This document shows positions 62,675 through 64,000 of a stretch of DNA of 64,000 nt, in pieces (position 1 is the stretch's first letter; every line of letters begins with the position of its first letter). The stretch lies in NCBI GenBank assembly GCA_918797485.1, contig CAKKNE010000001.1, positions 5,332,001 through 5,396,000 of the forward strand, read 5' to 3'. Below the pieces are notes generated by a model that saw nothing but the letters and a program-made list of their open reading frames with translations, was not told where the DNA came from and did not search any database. The stretch is from Pelagomonas calceolata (lineage: Eukaryota). Position numbers and translations under genes: made by a program.

Positions 62675-64000
62675 ATGGCCCAGCAGATCTGCGAGGAGGA
62701 CGCCGTCATCCAGCAATTACGGGAGAGCCGGACGGAAGACGAGCAGTATTTTGATGTGCACTTCGGGGGCTTACCTGCGGCTCTGTACAGGGATGAGGAG
62801 GACGTGCCGCCGTACGACAGCAACCTGGACGAGCCGATCGTCTGGTTGAGGCCCGGTGAGTTATGTAGGGACCCGCAGTACTTTGTGGATGGGGCCATTG
62901 GTGTCTCTGGATGCGTGGTCGAAGGTCGCAATGGAGATGGGTGGCTGTTAGGGGCCATGGCTGCTTTATGGGGCCATCCCGAGTACTTGATCGAAAACTT
63001 GTTCGGTTCTGATCCAGACGACTTCCAGGAGTGGGGCGTCTACACGTGTCGGTTTTACAGGGAAGGCTCGTGGGTGGAGGTCTGTGCGGACACGCGGATG
63101 CCGGCGCTGTCTGGATTTACGGCAGCAGAGGGCGAGGAGCCGACGGGGCCCCAGTGCCTGTACGGGAGATGTGTGGACCCGCGGGAGCAGTGGGTTCAAT
63201 TATTAGAGAAGGCCTACGCCAAGGTTCTGGGGAGTTACGAGGCCCTGTCCAAAGGTAGTGTGACGGAAGCCCTAGTGGATCTCACGGGAGGCTCTGGAGA
63301 AGAAATTCTACTGAATGAAGACTCCGCGAAGAAAACTAGTACATTATTCGAGGAATGTCAAGATTATCTCGAGAACAAGCACGTCCTCTGCGTCACGGCC
63401 GACCCAGCAAACAACGGCCAGGGCGGCGTGCCCTCGCCGGATTTGAAACAGACGGCTTTAGGACTATTACCGGGCCACGCGTACGGTGTGATGCAGTGCA
63501 TCCAGGTGGAGGACAAGAAACTCGTGAGGTTGCGGAACCCGTGGAGCGGGAGGGGCGGCACGTGGAAGGGCCCCTGGGCCGACTCGTCGTCGCAATGGGA
63601 GGACTTCCCGGAGGTGCTCGATGAGTGCCTGAAGCAGGCAAGCGGCTGGACGCGCGAGGAGGACGGCATCGACCAGACCGATGGTTCATTCTTCATGGAG
63701 TTCTCCGACTTCTGCAGCAAGTTCGACACGCTGCATTTATGCCGCTTGTTCGACGACAAACAGTACAAGCAGTATAAAGTTTTAAGTAGTTGGGCAGGCA
63801 AGACCGCCGCGGGGCCCGACGAGGGCGTCCCCGTGAGTACTGATACGGGCTTCGCTAAGCTCATCGCGGCGAAGGCGAAGCCGCGCACGGACAAGGACGC
63901 GTGCTGGTTCAACAACCCCCAGTTTCGGGTGGAAGTGAAGCACAAGTCTACAACTCATATTTCGCTGCTCCAGGGCCCGCCGAAGTCGGGCGAGCGCTTC
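62675..64000 (+). CDS. Calpain-like CysPc protein, partial (runs off the window end), catalytic Cys replaced by Gly
   Basis: WLRP…VVEGRNGDGWLLGAMAAL…LLEKAYAK…ALVDLTGG…GHAYGV…LRNPW…DGSFFMEFSDF…WFNNPQF; absent from the ORF track because no stop falls in the window. Confidence 0.9.
   Translation, partial: MAQQICEEDAVIQQLRESRTEDEQYFDVHFGGLPAALYRDEEDVPPYDSNLDEPIVWLRPGELCRDPQYFVDGAIGVSGCVVEGRNGDGWLLGAMAALWGHPEYLIENLFGSDPDDFQEWGVYTCRFYREGSWVEVCADTRMPALSGFTAAEGEEPTGPQCLYGRCVDPREQWVQLLEKAYAKVLGSYEALSKGSVTEALVDLTGGSGEEILLNEDSAKKTSTLFEECQDYLENKHVLCVTADPANNGQGGVPSPDLKQTALGLLPGHAYGVMQCIQVEDKKLVRLRNPWSGRGGTWKGPWADSSSQWEDFPEVLDECLKQASGWTREEDGIDQTDGSFFMEFSDFCSKFDTLHLCRLFDDKQYKQYKVLSSWAGKTAAGPDEGVPVSTDTGFAKLIAAKAKPRTDKDACWFNNPQFRVEVKHKSTTHISLLQGPPKSGERF

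Overview
Gene-dense, GC-rich eukaryotic DNA with about 40 short, mostly intron-poor protein genes and 100-500 bp intergenic spacers. A bipartite plastid-targeting signal on enolase (…AAA/FAP…), GC-AG introns and 8-bp-TSD introner elements point to a pelagophyte stramenopile alga (Pelagomonas/Aureococcus-like; inference). Housekeeping genes include mitochondrial uL13, bL28, EF-G and Tom70, plus UBC13, PurK, thiolase, enolase, ProRS, VPS2, CHMP7 and AOX. Most notable: (1) a secreted multimodular enzyme whose His1 LPMO domain resembles fungal starch-active AA13 but has an E-x-F active-site signature and is fused through PT linkers and Cys-rich modules to a GH5 cellulase-type domain (47307-50051); (2) a ~24-bp CTAG-bounded motif (GCTAGTGTCTTACAGnnCGCTAGC) seen about once per promoter at ~19 sites; (3) a GILT-like selenoprotein hidden by an in-frame TGA (UxxC), with a clear 3' SECIS whose apical loop lacks the usual AA; (4) a TIR/TSD introner family that created at least four of the seven introns of an EF-hand AOX gene; (5) a palindromic GGTAATTACC array beside an orphan Cys-rich exon. 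All family assignments come from manual motif recognition; no searches were run.
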